A stretch of DNA of 64,000 nt from the human T2T-CHM13v2.0 reference genome, Homo sapiens, in NCBI RefSeq assembly GCF_009914755.1, contig NC_060948.1; one strand, given 5' to 3'. The translations under genes were made by a program, and so were the position numbers. Shown here piece by piece: positions 36,816 to 56,160 of the stretch. The stretch's first letter is position 1, and every line of letters starts with the position of its first letter. The notes under the pieces were generated by a model. That model saw only the letters and a program-made list of their open reading frames with translations, did not search any database and was not told the origin of the DNA.

Positions 36816-38920
36816 AGATCCATATTTTTTAAATGAAAAAAAATTTCAAAGGTACTCTGCTTGGTACAATAATCAAATGTATAAACTGAGGAATAAAACA
36901 TAACCATGAAACCTACTTATAACTGCATATGGAAAATACAGAGGATAATTTTTTAAATAACATATTTTGAAAGCCTTAACTAGTAATTTGAAGAGTTGGC
37001 ATTTGAAAGGCCAGTATGAATATACCTTCAAAGCAGCAACACAGGTTCCCCATGAGAAAAAGCAAACACAGGGAAAATAAAAACACAAAGGTTCAATCTC
37101 TTCTGACCTTAGAAAGACACAGCACAGACAGTGGTCCTTAGGACGAAGAGCAGGAGACCCCTAATTCCGTCACCATGGCGATAGGGCATAAACATTGCTG
37201 GGTGAGGGCACAATCCACATTGTGAGGTCCAACTGCTGCCAGGAAGACAGGAGTGCTTTTACATAGACCGAAAGGTCATTGAAGGCTCAGAGTTTTGTTT
37301 CAAGAACTGAATCCCAAGCCCACACGTTATTAGGCTGCGCTTCCTAAAACAAGTTATGAGATGGGAAAAAGGGCACCCACAAACATACGTATACTTTATG
37401 TATATAATAATATACAGTATCATATATATAATATATATAACCTATGTATAATATTGTTTTACATCCTGCATCTTATGTTATATATATTGTATAAAATATA
37501 ATAATTGATAATATATAAGTTTTATAATTATACAATATGACATATAGTATATATTATAATTTATGACATATATAATATATGTTATATATCACATATAGAA
37601 TATATTATACGGTTAATATACGTATTAAATATAAATTATACATTATATATATTATATATAATATATCTGTTATATATAATTCCCATTATGCATAATATAT
37701 ATATTATGTCTATGTTATATATAGTATAAAACAACATATAATAATATATAATTGTATATATAAAATGCGACATATATTATATATTATATTTTATAACATA
37801 TGTAATATATATTATATATTATATATAATACGTTGTATGTATAATACCTATATTAAATATATATTATATGACTATGTTATTAATTACATGTCACATGTGT
37901 TATATATTATATATTTTACATAGAATATACCGGTTACATACAATATATACTATGTTACCTATAAGGTATAATTTATTACATGTAAAATAAAGAATGCAAT
38001 ATATTATGTATAATTTATAATATACAATATGTGGAATGTGATATATATAACATATAATATATGATATATGATATACAGTATATGATATATAACATACAAT
38101 ATATGATTCCTAATATATATGGTATACAATATATATTTTATGATATGTATTCTATATGTTTTATATTCTGTTATATATAACTATTTGAAATTATATATAA
38201 CTGTATAATATTTTATGTAAATATGTAATATAATATATATAACTATATAATATATTATATATAACTATATATTATGTTATATATACTTTTATAACATAAT
38301 TTACATCAAATATCATAATATAATATATATTATATTATTTCATATTACATAATATATATTACATATCACCCAATATAAGTAACATACATAATATTATAAT
38401 ATAGATTATATTATGTTATATTAAATATCATATATATCATGTATCATATATTCTATAATATATATTACACATTATATAATATGTATGTTGTCTATTATGT
38501 GATATATATAACTCTATATATAATTATATTTTTATACATATAACTAGATAAACATGTAATTCTACATATTTTCATTTATAATATGTAGAATTATATAATC
38601 ATATATAATTATTTATATTCTATAAAAAATTTTATCATTATATAAATTATAATATATAAAAATTATAATATGTACTACAAATATATATATTATATATCAT
38701 ATATGATATAGTACCTTTGTTATATATCATAATACATATAAATGTGTATTATGTTATCTATAATTATATAATTTCATATATAAGATGTATAATATGTATC
38801 ATATATTATATATGTTATGTAATATATATAGTATATATAAGATGACACAGGATAAATATTATATACCATGACATATAAAATATATGAGGTTATATGTTAC
38901 ATATAAGGCATAGCACATAA

Positions 38921-39235
<315 letters not shown>

Positions 39236-41363
39236 ACATCCATATTTTTTAAATGAAAAAAAATTTCAAAGGTACTCTGCTTGGTACAATAATCAAATGT
39301 ATAAACTGAGGAATAAAACATAACCATGAAACCTACTTATAACTGCATATGGAAAATACAGAGGATAATTTTTTAAATAACATATTTTGAAAGCCTTAAC
39401 TAGTAATTTGAAGAGTTGGCATTTGAAAGGCCAGTATGAATATACCTTCAAAGCAGCAACACAGGTTCCCCATGAGAAAAAGCAAACACAGGGAAAATAA
39501 AAACACAAAGGTTCAATCTCTTCTGACCTTTGAAAGACACAGCACAGACAGTGGTCCTTAGGACGAAGAGCAGGAGACCCCTAATTCCGTCACCATGGCG
39601 ATAGGGCATAAACATTGCTGGGTGAGGGCACAATCCACATTGTGAGGTCCAACTGCTGCCAGGAAGACAGGAGTGCTTTTACATAGACCGAAAGGTCATT
39701 GAAGGCTCAGAGTTTTGTTTCAAGAACTGAATCCCAAGCCCACACGTTATTAGGCTGCGCTTCCTAAAACAAGTTATGAGATGGGAAAAAGGGCACCCAC
39801 AAACATACGTATACATTATGTATATAATAATATACAGTATCATATATATAATATATATAACCTATGTATAATATTGTTTTACATCCTGCATCTTATGTTA
39901 TATATATTGTATAAAATATAATAATTGATAATATATAAGTTTTATAATTATACAATATGACATATAGTATATATTATAATTTATGACATATATAATATAT
40001 GTTATATATCACATATAGAATATATTATACGGTTAATATACGTATTAAATATAAATTATACATTATATATATTATATATAATATATCTGTTATATATAAT
40101 ACCCATTATGCATAATATATATATTATGTCTATGTTATATATAGTATAAAACAACATATAATAATATATAATTGTATATATAAAATGCGACATATAATAT
40201 ATATTATATTTTATAACATATGTAATATATATTATATATTATATATAATACGTTGTATGTATAATACCTATATTAAATATATATTATATGACTATGTTAT
40301 TAATTACATGTCACATGTGTTATATATTATATATTTTACATAGAATATACCGGTTACATACAATATATACTATGTTACCTATAATGTATAATTTATTACA
40401 TGTAAAATAAAGAATGCAATATATTATGTATAATTTATAATATACAATATGTGGAATGTGATATATATAACATATAATATATGATATATGATATACAGTA
40501 TATGATATATAACATACAATATATGATTCCTAATATATATGGTATACAATATATATTTTATGATATGTATTCTATATGTTTTATATTCTGTTATATATAA
40601 CTATTTGAAATTATATATAACTGTATAATATTTTATGTAAATATGTAATATAATATATATAACTATATAATATATTATATATAACTATATATTATGTTAT
40701 ATATACTTTTATAACATAATTTACATAAAATATCATAATATAATATATATTATATTATTTCATATTACATAATATATATTACATATCACCCAATATAACT
40801 AACATACATAATATTATAATATAGACTATATTATGTTATATTAAATATCATATATATCATGTATCATATATTCTATAATATATATTACACATTATATAAT
40901 ATGTATGTTGTCTATTATGTGATATATATAACTCTATATATAATTATATTTTTATACATATAACTAGATAAACATGTAATTCTACATATTTTCATTTATA
41001 ATATGTAGAATTTTATAATCATATATAATTATTTATATTCTATAAAAAATTTTATCATTCTATAAATTATAATATATAAAAATTATAATATGTACTACAA
41101 ATATATATATTATATATCATATATGATATAGTACCTTTGTTATATATCATAATACACATAAATGTGTATTATGTTATGTATAATTATATAATTTCATATA
41201 TAAGATCTATAATATGTATTATATATTATATATGTTATGTAATATATATAGTATATATAAGCTGACACAGGATAAATATTATATACTATGATATATAAAA
41301 TATATGAGGTTATATGTTACATATAAGGCATAGCACATAACATGTAATATATATCATATATAA

Positions 41364-41656
41364 TTTTTTTTTTAGACACAGTCTTGTCGTGTTGCACAGG
41401 GTGGAGTACAATGGCGCCACCTTTGCTCACTGCAACATCTGCCTCACGGGTCCAAGCGATGGTCCTCCCTCAGCCTCCCAGTTAGCTGGGACTACACCAC
41501 ACTGGGACTACACCAGCTGCCACCATGCCTAGCTAATTTTTTGGATTTTTAGTAGTGACAGCGTTTCACTGTATTGGCCAGGACGTTCTTGATCTCTTCA
41601 CCTTGTGATCCCCTTGCCTTGGCCTCCAAATTTGCTGGGATTACAGGCCTGAGCCA
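41364..41656 (-). mobile_element. Alu, U18 (variant sub-family, T10 tail)
   Basis: Copy of the U1 Alu with several substitutions. Confidence 0.95.
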
Positions 41657-43761
41657 AGATCCATATTTTTTAAATGAAAAAAAATTTCAAAGGTACTCTG
41701 CTTGGTACAATAATCAAATGTATAAACTGAGGAATAAAACATAACCATGAAACCTACTTATAACTGCATATGGAAAATACAGAGGATAATTTTTTAAATA
41801 ACATATTTTGAAAGCCTTAACTAGTAATTTGAAGAGTTGGCATTTGAAAGGCCAGTATGAATATACCTTCAATGCAGCAACACAGGTTCCCCATGAGAAA
41901 CAGCAAACCCAGGGAAAATAAAACCAAAAAGGTTCAATCTCTTCTGACCTTTGAAAGACACAGCACAGACAGTGGTCCTTAGGACGAAGAGCAGGAGACC
42001 CCTAATTCCGTCACCATGGCGATAGGGCATAAACTTTGCTGGGTGAGGGCACAATCCACATTGTGAGGTCCAACTGCTGCCAGGAAGACAGGAGTGCTTT
42101 TACATAGACCGAAAGGTCATTGAAGGCTCAGAGTTTTGTTTCAAGAACTGAATCCCAAGCCCACACGTTATTAGGCTGCGCTTCTTAAAACAAGTTATGA
42201 GATGGGAAAAAGGGCACCCACAAACATACGTATACATTATGTATATAATAATATACAGTATCATATATATAATATATAAAACCTATGTATAATATTGTTT
42301 TACATCCTGCATCTTATATTATATATATTGTATAAAATATAATAATTGATAATATATAACGTTTACATTTATAAAATATGACATATAGTATATATTATAA
42401 TTTATGACATATATAATATATGTTATATATCATATATAGAATATATTATACAGTTAATATACGTATTAAATATAAATTATACATTATATATATTATATAT
42501 AATATATCTGTTATATATAATACCCATTATGCATAATATATATATTATGTCTATGTTATATATAGTATAAAACAACATATAATAATATATAATTGTATAT
42601 ATAAAATGCGACATATAATATATATTATATTTTATGACATATGTAATATATATTATATATTATATATAATACGTTGTATGTATAATACCTATGTTAAATA
42701 TATATTATATGACTATGTTATTAATTACATGTCACATATGTTATATATTATATATTTTACATAGAATATACCGGTTACATACAATATATACTATGTTACC
42801 TATAATGTATAATTTATTACATGTAAAATAAAGAATGCAATATATTATGTATAATTTATAATATACAATATGTGGAATGTGATATATATAACATATAATA
42901 TATGATATATGATATACAGTATATGATATATAACATACAATATATGATTCCTAATATATATGCTATACAATATATATTTTATGATATGTATTCTATATGT
43001 TTTATATTCTGTTATATATAACTATTTGAAATTATATATAACTGTATAATATTTTATGTAAATATGTAATATAATATATATAACTATATAATATATTATA
43101 TATAACTATATATTATGTTATATATACTTTTATAACATAATTTACATAAAATATCATAATATAATATATATTATATTATTTCATATTACATAATATATAT
43201 TACATATCACCCAATATAACTAACATACATAATATTATAATATAGATTATATTATGTTATATTAAATATCATATATATCATGTATCATATATTCTATAAT
43301 ATATATTATACATTATATAATATGTATGTTGTCTATTATGTGATATATATAACTCTATATATAATTATATTTTTATACATATAACTAGATAAACATGTAA
43401 TTCTACATATTTTCATTTATAATATGTAGAATTATATAATCATATATAATTATTTATATTCTATAAAAAATTTTATCATTTTATAAATTATAATATATAA
43501 AAATTATAATATGTACTACAAATATATATATTATATATCATATATGATATAGTACCTTTGTTAAATATCATAATACATATAAATGTGTATTATGTTATCT
43601 ATAATTATATAATTTCATATATAAGATGTATAATATGTATCATATATTATATATGTTATGTAATATATATAGTATATATAAGATGACACAGGATAAATAT
43701 TATATACTATGACATATAAAATATATGAGGTTATATGTTACATATAAGGCATAGCACATAA

Positions 43762-44076
<315 letters not shown>

Positions 44077-46202
44077 AGATCCATATTTTTTAAATGAAAA
44101 AAAATTTCAAAGGTACTCTGCTTGGTACAATAATCAAATGTATAAACTGAGGAATAAAACATAACCATGAAACCTACTTATAACTGCATATGGAAAATAC
44201 AGAGGATAATTTTTTAAATAACATATTTTGAAAGCCTTAACTAGTAATTTGAAGAGTTGGCATTTGAAAGGCCAGTATGAATATACCTTCAAAGCAGCAA
44301 CACAGGTTCCCCATGAGAAAAAGCAAACACAGGGAAAATAAAAACACAAAGGTTCAATCTCTTCTGACCTTTGAAAGACACAGCACAGACAGTGGTCCTT
44401 AGGACGAAGAGCAGGAGACCCCTAATTCCGTCACCATGGCGATAGGGCATAAACATTGCTGGGTGAGGGCACAATCCACATTGTGAGGTCCAACTGCTGC
44501 CAGGAAGACAGGAGTGCTTTTACATAGACCGAAAGGTCATTGAAGGCTCAGAGTTTTGTTTCAAGAACTGAATCCCAAGCCCACACGTTATTAGGCTGCG
44601 CTTCCTAAATCAAGTTATGAGATGGGAAAAAGGGCACCCACAAACATACGTATACATTATGTATATAATAATATACAGTATCATATTTATAATATATATA
44701 ACCTATGTATAATATTGTTTTACATCCTGCATCTTATGTTATATATATTGTATAAAATATAATAATTGATAATATATGTTTTATATTTATACAATATAAC
44801 ATATAGTATATATTATAATTTATGACATATATAATATATGTTATATATCATATATAGAATATATTATACGGTTAATATACGTATTAAATATAAATTATAC
44901 ATTATATATATTATATATAATATATCTGTTATATATAATACCCATTATGCATAATATATATATTATGTCTATGTTATATATAGTATAGAACAACACATAA
45001 TAATGTATAATTGTATATATAAAATGCGACATATAATATATATTATATTTTATGACATATATAATATATATTATATATTATATATAATACGTTGTATGTA
45101 TAATACCTATATTAAATATATATTATATGACTATGTTATTAATTACATGTCACATGTGTTATATATTATATATTTTACATAGAATATTCCGGTTACATAC
45201 AATATATACTATGTTACCTACAATATATAATTGATTACATGTAAAATAAAGAATGCTATATATTATGTATAATTTATAATATACAATATGTGGAATGTGA
45301 TATATATAACATATAATATATGATATATGATATACAGTATATGATATATAACATACAATATATGATACCTAATATATATGGTATACAATATATATTTTAT
45401 GATATGTATTCTCTATGTTTTATATTCTGTTATATATAACTATTTGAAATTATATATAACTGTATAATATTTTATGTAAATATGTAATATAATATATATA
45501 ACTATATAATATATTATATATAACTATATATTATGTTATATATACTTTTATAACTTAATTTACATAAAATATCATAATATAATATATATTATATTGTTTC
45601 ATATTACATAATATATATTACATATCACCCAATATAAGTAACATACATAATATTATAATATAGATTATATTATGTTATATTAAATATCATATATATCATG
45701 TATCATATATTCTATAATATATATTACACATTATATAATATGTATGTTGTCTATTATGTGATATATATAACTATATATATAATTATATTATTATACATAT
45801 AACTAGATAAACATGTAATTCTACATATTTTCATTTATAATATATAGAATTATATAATCATATATAATTATTTATTTTCTATAAAAAATTATATCATTAT
45901 ATAAATTATAATATATAAAAATTATAACATGTACTACAAATATATATATTATATATCATATATGATATAGCACCTTTGTTATATATCATAATACATATAA
46001 ATGTGTATTATGTTATCTATAATTATAAAATTTCATATATAAGATGTATAATATGTATTATATATTATATATGTTATGTAATATATATAGTATATATAAG
46101 ATGACACAGGATAAATATTATATACTATGACATATAAAATATATGAGGTTATATGTTACATATAAGGCATAGCACATAACATGTAATATATATCATATAT
46201 AA

Positions 46203-46494
<292 letters not shown>

Positions 46495-48617
46495 AGATCC
46501 ATATTTTTTAAAAGAAAAAAAATTTCAAAGGTACTCTGCTTGGTACAATAATCAAATGTATAAACTGAGGAATAAAACATAACCATGAAACCTACTTATA
46601 ACTGTATACGGAAAATACAGAGGATAATTTTTTAAATAACATATTTTGAAAGCCTTAACTAGTAATTTGAAGAGTTGGCATTTGAAAGGCCAGTATGAAT
46701 ATACTTTCAAAGCAGCAACACAGCTTCCCCATGAGAAAAAGCAAACTCAGGGAAAATAAAACCAAAAAGGTTCAATCTCTTCTGACCTTTGAAAGACACA
46801 GCACAGACAGTGGTCCTTAGGACGAAGAGCAGGAGACCCCTAATTCCGTCACCATGGCGATAGGGCATAAACATTGCTGGGTGAGGGCTCAATCCACATT
46901 GTGAGGTCCAACTGCTGCCAGGAAGACAGGAGTGCTTTTACATAGACCGAAAGGTCATTGAAGGCTCAGAGTCTTGTTTCAAGAACTGAATCCCAAGCAC
47001 ACACGTTATTAGGCTGCGCTTCTTAAAACAAGTTATGAGATGGGAAAAAGGGCACCCACAAACATACGTATACATTATGTATATAATAATATACAGTATC
47101 ATATATATAATATATATAACCTATGTATAATATTGTTTTACATCCTGCATCTTATATTATATGTATTGTATAAAATATAATAATTGATAATATATAAGTT
47201 TTATATTTATACAATATGACATATAGTATATATTATAATTTATGACATATATAATATATGTTATATATCATATATAGAATATATTATACGGTTAATATAC
47301 GTATTAAATATAAATTATATATTATATATATTATATATATCTGTTATATATAATACCCATTATGCATAATATATATATTATGTCTATGTTTTATATAGTA
47401 TAAAACAACATATAATAATATATAATTGTATGTATAAAATGCGACATATAATATATATTATATTTTATGACATATGTAATATATATTATATATTATATAT
47501 AATACGTTGTATGTATAATACCTATATTAAATATATATTATAAGACTATGTTATTAATTACATGTCACATATGTTATATATTATATATTTTACATAGAAT
47601 ATACCGGTTACATACAATATATACTATGTTACCTATAATGTATAATTTATTACATGTAAAATAATGAATGCAATATATTATGTATAATTTATAATATACA
47701 ATATGTGGAATGTGATATATATAACATATAATGTATGATATAAGATATACAGTATATGATATATAACATACAATATATGATACCTAATATACATGGTATA
47801 CAATATATATTTTATGATATGTATTCTATATGTTTTATATTCTGTTATATATAACTATTTGCAATTATATATAACTGTATAATATTTTATGTAAATATGT
47901 AATATAATATATATAACTATATAATATATTATATATAACTATATATTATGTTATATATACTTTTATAACATAATTTACATAAAATATCATAATATAATAT
48001 ATATTATATTATTTCATATTACATAATATATATTACATATCACCCAATATAAGTAACATACATAATATTATAATATAGATTATATTATGTTATATTAAAT
48101 ATCATATATATCATGTATCATATATTCTATAATATATATTACACACTATATAATATGTATGTTGTCTATTATGTGATATATATAACTATATATATAATTA
48201 TATTATTCTACATATAACTAGATAAACATGAAATTCTACATATTTTCATTTATAATATATAGAATTATATAATCATATATAATTATTTATATTCTATAAA
48301 AAATTATATCATTATATAAATTATAATATATAAAAATTATAATATGTACTACAAACAGATATATTATATATCATATATGATATAGTACCTTTGTTATATA
48401 TCATAATACATATAAATGTGTATTATGTTATCTATAATTATATAATTTCATATATAAGATGTATAATATGTATTATATATTATGTATGTTATGTAATATA
48501 TATAGTATATATAAGCTGACACAGGATAAATATTATATACTATGACATATAAAATATATGAGGTTATATGTTACATATAAGGCATAGCACATAACATGTA
48601 GTATATATCATATATAA

Positions 48618-48909
<292 letters not shown>

Positions 48910-51012
48910 AGATCCATATTTTTTAAATGAAAAAAAATTTCAAAGGTACTCTGCTTGGTACAATAATCAAATGTATAAACTGAGGAATAAAACATAACCA
49001 TGAATCCTACTTATAACTGCATATGGAAAATACAGAGGATAATTTTTTAAATAACATATTTTGAAAGCCTTAACTAGTAATTTGAAGAGTTGGCATTTGA
49101 AAGGCCAGTATGAACATACCTTCAAAGCAGCAACACAGGTTCCCCATGACAAAAAGCAAACTCAGGGAAAATAAAACCACAAAGGTTCAATCTCTTCTGA
49201 CCTTTGAAAGACACAGCACAGACAGTGGTCCTTAGGATGAAGAGCAGGAGACCCCTAATTCCGTCACCATGGCGATAGGGCATAAACATTGCTGGGTGAG
49301 GGCACAATCCACATTGTGAGGTCCAACTGCTGCCAGGAAGACAGGAGTGCTTTTACATAGACCGAAAGGTCATTGAAGGCTCAGAGTTTTGTTTCAAGAA
49401 CTGAATAGCAAGCCCTCACGTTATTAGGCTGCGCTTCTTAAAACAAGTTATGAGATGGGAAAAAGGGCACCCACAAACATACGTATACATTATGTATATA
49501 ATAATATACAGTATCACATATATAATATATATAACCTATGTATAATATTGTTTTACATCCTGCATCTTATATTATATATATTGTATAAAATATAATAATT
49601 GATAATATATAAGTTTTATATTTATACAATATGACATATAGTATATATTATAATTTATGACATATATAATATATGTTATATATCATATATAGAATATATT
49701 ATAGGGTTAATATACGTATTAAATATAAATTATACATTATATATATTATATAAAATATATCTATTATATATAATACCCATTATGCATAATATATATATTA
49801 TGTCTATGTTATATATAGTGTAAAACAACACATAATAATATATAATTGTATATATAAAATGCGACATATAATATATATTATATTTTAAGACATATGTAAT
49901 ACATATTATATATTATATATAATACGTTGTATGTATAATACCTATATTAAATATATATTATATGACTATGTTATTAATTACATGTCACCTATGTTTTATA
50001 TTATATATTTTACATGGAATATACCGGTAACATACAATAAATACTTTGTTACCTATAATGTATAATTGATTACATGTGAAATAAAGAATGCAATATATTA
50101 TGTATAATTTATAATATACACTATGTGGAATGTGATATATATAACATATAATATATGATATATGACATACAGTATATGATATATAACATACAATATATGA
50201 TACCTAATATATATGGTATACAATATATATTTTATGATATGTATTCTATATGTTTTATATTCTGTTATATATAACTATTTGAAATTATATATAACTGTAT
50301 AATATTTTATGTAAATATGTAATATAATATATGTAACTATATAATATAATATATATAACTCTATATTATGTTATATATACTTTTATAACATAATTTACAT
50401 AAAATGTCATAATATAATATATATTATATTATTTCATATTACATAATATATATTACATATCACCCAACATAAGTAACATACATAATATTATAATATAGAT
50501 TATATTATGTTATAATAAATATCATATATCATGTATCATATATTCTAATATATATATTACACATTATATAATATGTATGTTGTCTATTATGTGATATATA
50601 TAACTCTATATATAATTATATTATTATACATATAACTAGATAAACATGTAATTCTACATATTTTCATTTATAATATATAGAATTATATAATCATATATAA
50701 TTATTTATATTCTATAAAAAATTATATCATTATATAAATTATAATATATAAAAATTACAATATGTACTACAAATATATATATTATATATCATATATGATA
50801 TAGTACCTTTGTTATATATCATAATACATATAAATGTGTATTATGTTATCTATAATTATATAATTTCATATATAAGATGTATAATATGTATCATATATTA
50901 TATATGTTATGTAATATATACAGTATATATAAGATGACACAGGATAAATATTATATACTATGACATATAAAATATATGAGGTTATATGTTACATATAAGG
51001 CATAGCACATAA

Positions 51013-51324
<312 letters not shown>

Positions 51325-53450
51325 AGATCCATATTTTTTAAATGAAAAAAAATTTCAAAGGTACTCTGCTTGGTAAAATAATCAAATGTATAAACTGAGG
51401 AATAAAACATAACCATGAAACCTACTTATAACTGCATATGGAAAATACAGAGGATAATTTTTTAAATAACATATTTTGAAAGCCTTAACTAGTAATTTGA
51501 AGAGTTGGCATTTGAAAGGCCAGTATGAATATACCTTCAAAGCAGCAACACAGGTTCCCCATGAGAAAAAGCAAACACAGGGAAAATAAAAACACAAAGG
51601 TTCAATCTCTTCTGACCTTTGAAAGACACAGCACAGACAGTGGTCCTTAGGACGAAGAGCAGGAGACCCCTAATTCCGTCACCATGGCGATAGGGCATAA
51701 ACATTGCTGGGTGAGGGCACAATCCACATTGTGAGGTCCAACTGCTGCCAGGAAGACAGGAGTGCTTTTACATAGACCGAAAGGTCATTGAAGGCTCAGA
51801 GTTTTGTTTCAAGAACTGAATCCCAAGCCCACACGTTATTAGGCTGCGCTTCCTAAATCAAGTTATGAGATGGGAAAAAGGGCACCCACAAACATACGTA
51901 TACATTATGTATATAATAATATACAGTATCATATTTATAATATATATAACCTATGTATAATATTGTTTTACATCCTGCATCTTATGTTATATATATTGTA
52001 TAAAATATAATAATTGATAATATATGTTTTATATTTATACAATATAACATATAGTATATATTATAATTTATGACATATATAATATATGTTATATATCATA
52101 TATAGAATATATTATACGGTTAATATACGTATTAAATATAAATTATACATTATATATATTATATATAATATATCTGTTATATATAATACCCATTATGCAT
52201 AATATATATATTATGTCTATGTTATATATAGTATAGAACAACACATAATAATGTATAATTGTATATATAAAATGCGACATATAATATATATTTTATTTTA
52301 TGACATATATAATATATATTATATATTATATATAATACGTTGTATGTATAATACCTATATTAAATATATATTATATGACTATGTTATTAATTACATGTCA
52401 CATGTGTTATATATTATATATTTTACATAGAATATTCCGGTTACATACAATATATACTATGTTACCTACAATATATAATTGATTACATGTAAAATAAAGA
52501 AAGCAATATATTATGTATAATTTATAATATACAATATGTGGAATGTGATATATATAACATATAATATATGATATATGATATACAGTATATGATATATAAC
52601 ATACAATATATGATACCTAATATATATGGTATACAATATATATTTTATGATATGTATTCTATATGTTTTATATTCTGTTATATATAACTATTTGAAATTA
52701 TATATAACTGTATAATATTTTATGGAAATATGTAATATAATATATATAACTATATAATATATTATATATAACTATATATTATGTTATATATACTTTTATA
52801 ACATAATTTACATAAAATATCATAATATAATATATATTATATTATTTCATATTACATAATATATATTACATATCACCCAATATAAGTAACATACATAATA
52901 TTATAATATAGATTATATTATGTTATATTAAATATCATATATATCATGTATCATATATTCTATAATATATATTATACATTATATAATATGTATGTTGTCT
53001 ATTATGTGATATATATAACTATATATATAATTATATTATTATACATATAACTAGATAAACATGTAATTCTACATATTTTCATTTATAATATATAGAATTA
53101 TATAATCATATATAATTATTTATATTCTATAAAAAATTATATCATTATATAAATTATAATATATAAAAATTATAATATGTACTACAAATATATATATTAT
53201 ATATCATATATGATATAGTACCTTTGTTATATATCATAATACATATAAATGTGTATTATGTTATCTATAATTATATAATTTCATATATAAGTTGTATAAT
53301 ATGTATTATATATTATATATGTTATGTAATATATATAGTATATATAAGACGACACAGGATAAATATTATATACTATGACATATAAAATATATGAAGTTAT
53401 ATGTTTCATATAAGGCATAGCACATAACATGTAATATATATCATATATAA

Positions 53451-53742
53451 TTTTTTTTTAGACAGAGTCTTGTCCTGTTGCACAGGGTGGGGTACAATGG
53501 TGCCACCTTTGCTCACTGCAACATCTGCCTCACGGGTCCAAGCGATTGTCCTCCCTCAGCCTCCCAGGTAGCTGGGACTACACCACACTGGGACTACACC
53601 AGCTGCCACCATGCCTAGCTAATTTTTTGGATTTTTAGTAGTGACAGCGTTTCACTGTATTGGCCAGGATGGTCTTGATCTCTTCACCTTGTGATCCCCT
53701 TGCCTTGGCCTCCAAATTTGCTGGGATTACAGGCCTGAGCCA
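53451..53742 (-). mobile_element. Alu, U23
   Basis: Copy of the U1 Alu, variant sub-family. Confidence 0.95.
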
Positions 53743-55845
53743 AGATCCATATTTTTTAAATGAAAAAAAATTTCAAAGGTACTCTGCTTGGTACAATAAT
53801 CAAATGTATAAACTGAGGAATAAAACATAACCATGAAACCTACTTATAACTGCATATGGAAAATACAGAGGATAATTTTTTAAATAACGTATTTTGAAAG
53901 CCTTAACTTGTAATTTGAAGAGTTGGCATTTGAAAGGCCAGTATGAATATACCTTCAAAGCAGCAACACAGTTTCCCCATGAGAAAAAGCAAACTCAGGG
54001 AAAATAAAACCACAAAGGTTCAATCTCTTCTGACCTTTGAAAGACACAGCACAGACAGTGGTCCTTAGGACGAAGAGCAGGAGACCCCTAATTCCGTCAC
54101 CATGGCGATAGGGCATAAACATTGCTGGGTGAGGGCACAATCCACATTGTGAGGTCCAACTGCTGCCAGGAAGACAGGAGTGCTTTTACATAGACCGAAA
54201 GGTCATTGAAGGCTCAGAGTTTTGTTTCAAGAACTGAATCCCAAGCCCACAGGTTATAAGGCTGCGCTTCTTCAAACAAGTTATGAGATGGGAAAAAGGG
54301 CACCCACAAACATACGTATACATTATGTATATAATAATATACAGTATCATATATATAATATATATAACCTATGTATAATATTGTTTTACATCCTGCATCT
54401 TATGTTATATATATTGTATAAAATATAATAATTGATAATATATAAGTTTTATATTTATACAATATGACATATAGTATATATTATAATTTATGACATATAT
54501 AATATATGTTATATATCATATATAGAATATATTATACGGTTAATATACGTATTAAATATAAATTATACATTATATATATTATATATAATATATCTGTTAT
54601 ATATAATACGCATTATGCATAATATATATATTATGTCTATGTTATATATAGTATAAAACAAAATATAATAATATATAATTGTATATATAAAATGCGACAT
54701 ATACTATATATTATATTTTATGACATATGTAATATATATTATATGTTATATATAATACGTTGTATGTATAATACCTATATTAAATATATATTATATGACT
54801 ATGTTATTAATTACATGTCACATATGTTATATATTATATATTTTACATAGAATATACCGGTTACATACAATATATACTATGTTACCTATAATGTATAATT
54901 TATTACATGTAAAAAAAAGAAAGCAATATATTATGTATAATTTATAATATACAATAAGTGGAATGTGATATATATAACATATAATATATGATATATGATA
55001 TACAGTATATGATATATAACATACAATATATGATACCTAATATATATGGTATACAATATATATTTTATGATATGTATTCTATATGTTTTATATTCTGTTA
55101 TATGTAACTATTTGAAATTATATATAACTGTGTAATATTTTATGTAAATATGTAATAGAATATATATATCTATATAATATATTATATATAACTATATATT
55201 ATGTTATATATACTTTTATAACATAATTTACATAAAATATCATAATATAATATATATTATATTATTTCATATTACATAATATATATTACATATCACCCAA
55301 TATAAGTAACATACATAATAGTATAATATAGATTATATTATGTTATATTAAATATCATATATATCATGTATCATATATTCTATAATATATATTATACATT
55401 ATATAATATGTATGTTGTCTATTATGTGATATATATAACTATATATAATTATATTATTATACATATAAGTAGATAACCATGTAATTCTACATATTTTCAT
55501 TTATAATATATAGAATTATATAATCATATATAATTATTTATATTCTATAAAAAATTATATCATTATATAAATTATAATATATAAAAATTATAATATGTAC
55601 TACAAATATATATATTATATATCATATATGATATAGTACCTTTGTTATATATCATAATACATATAAATGTGTATTATGTTATCTATAATTATATAATTTC
55701 ATATATAAGTTGTATAATATGTATTATATATTATATATGTTATGTAATATATATAGTATATATAAGATGACACAGGATAAATATTATATACTATGACATA
55801 TAAAATATATGAGGTTATATGTTTCATATAAGGCATAGCACATAA

Positions 55846-56160
<315 letters not shown>

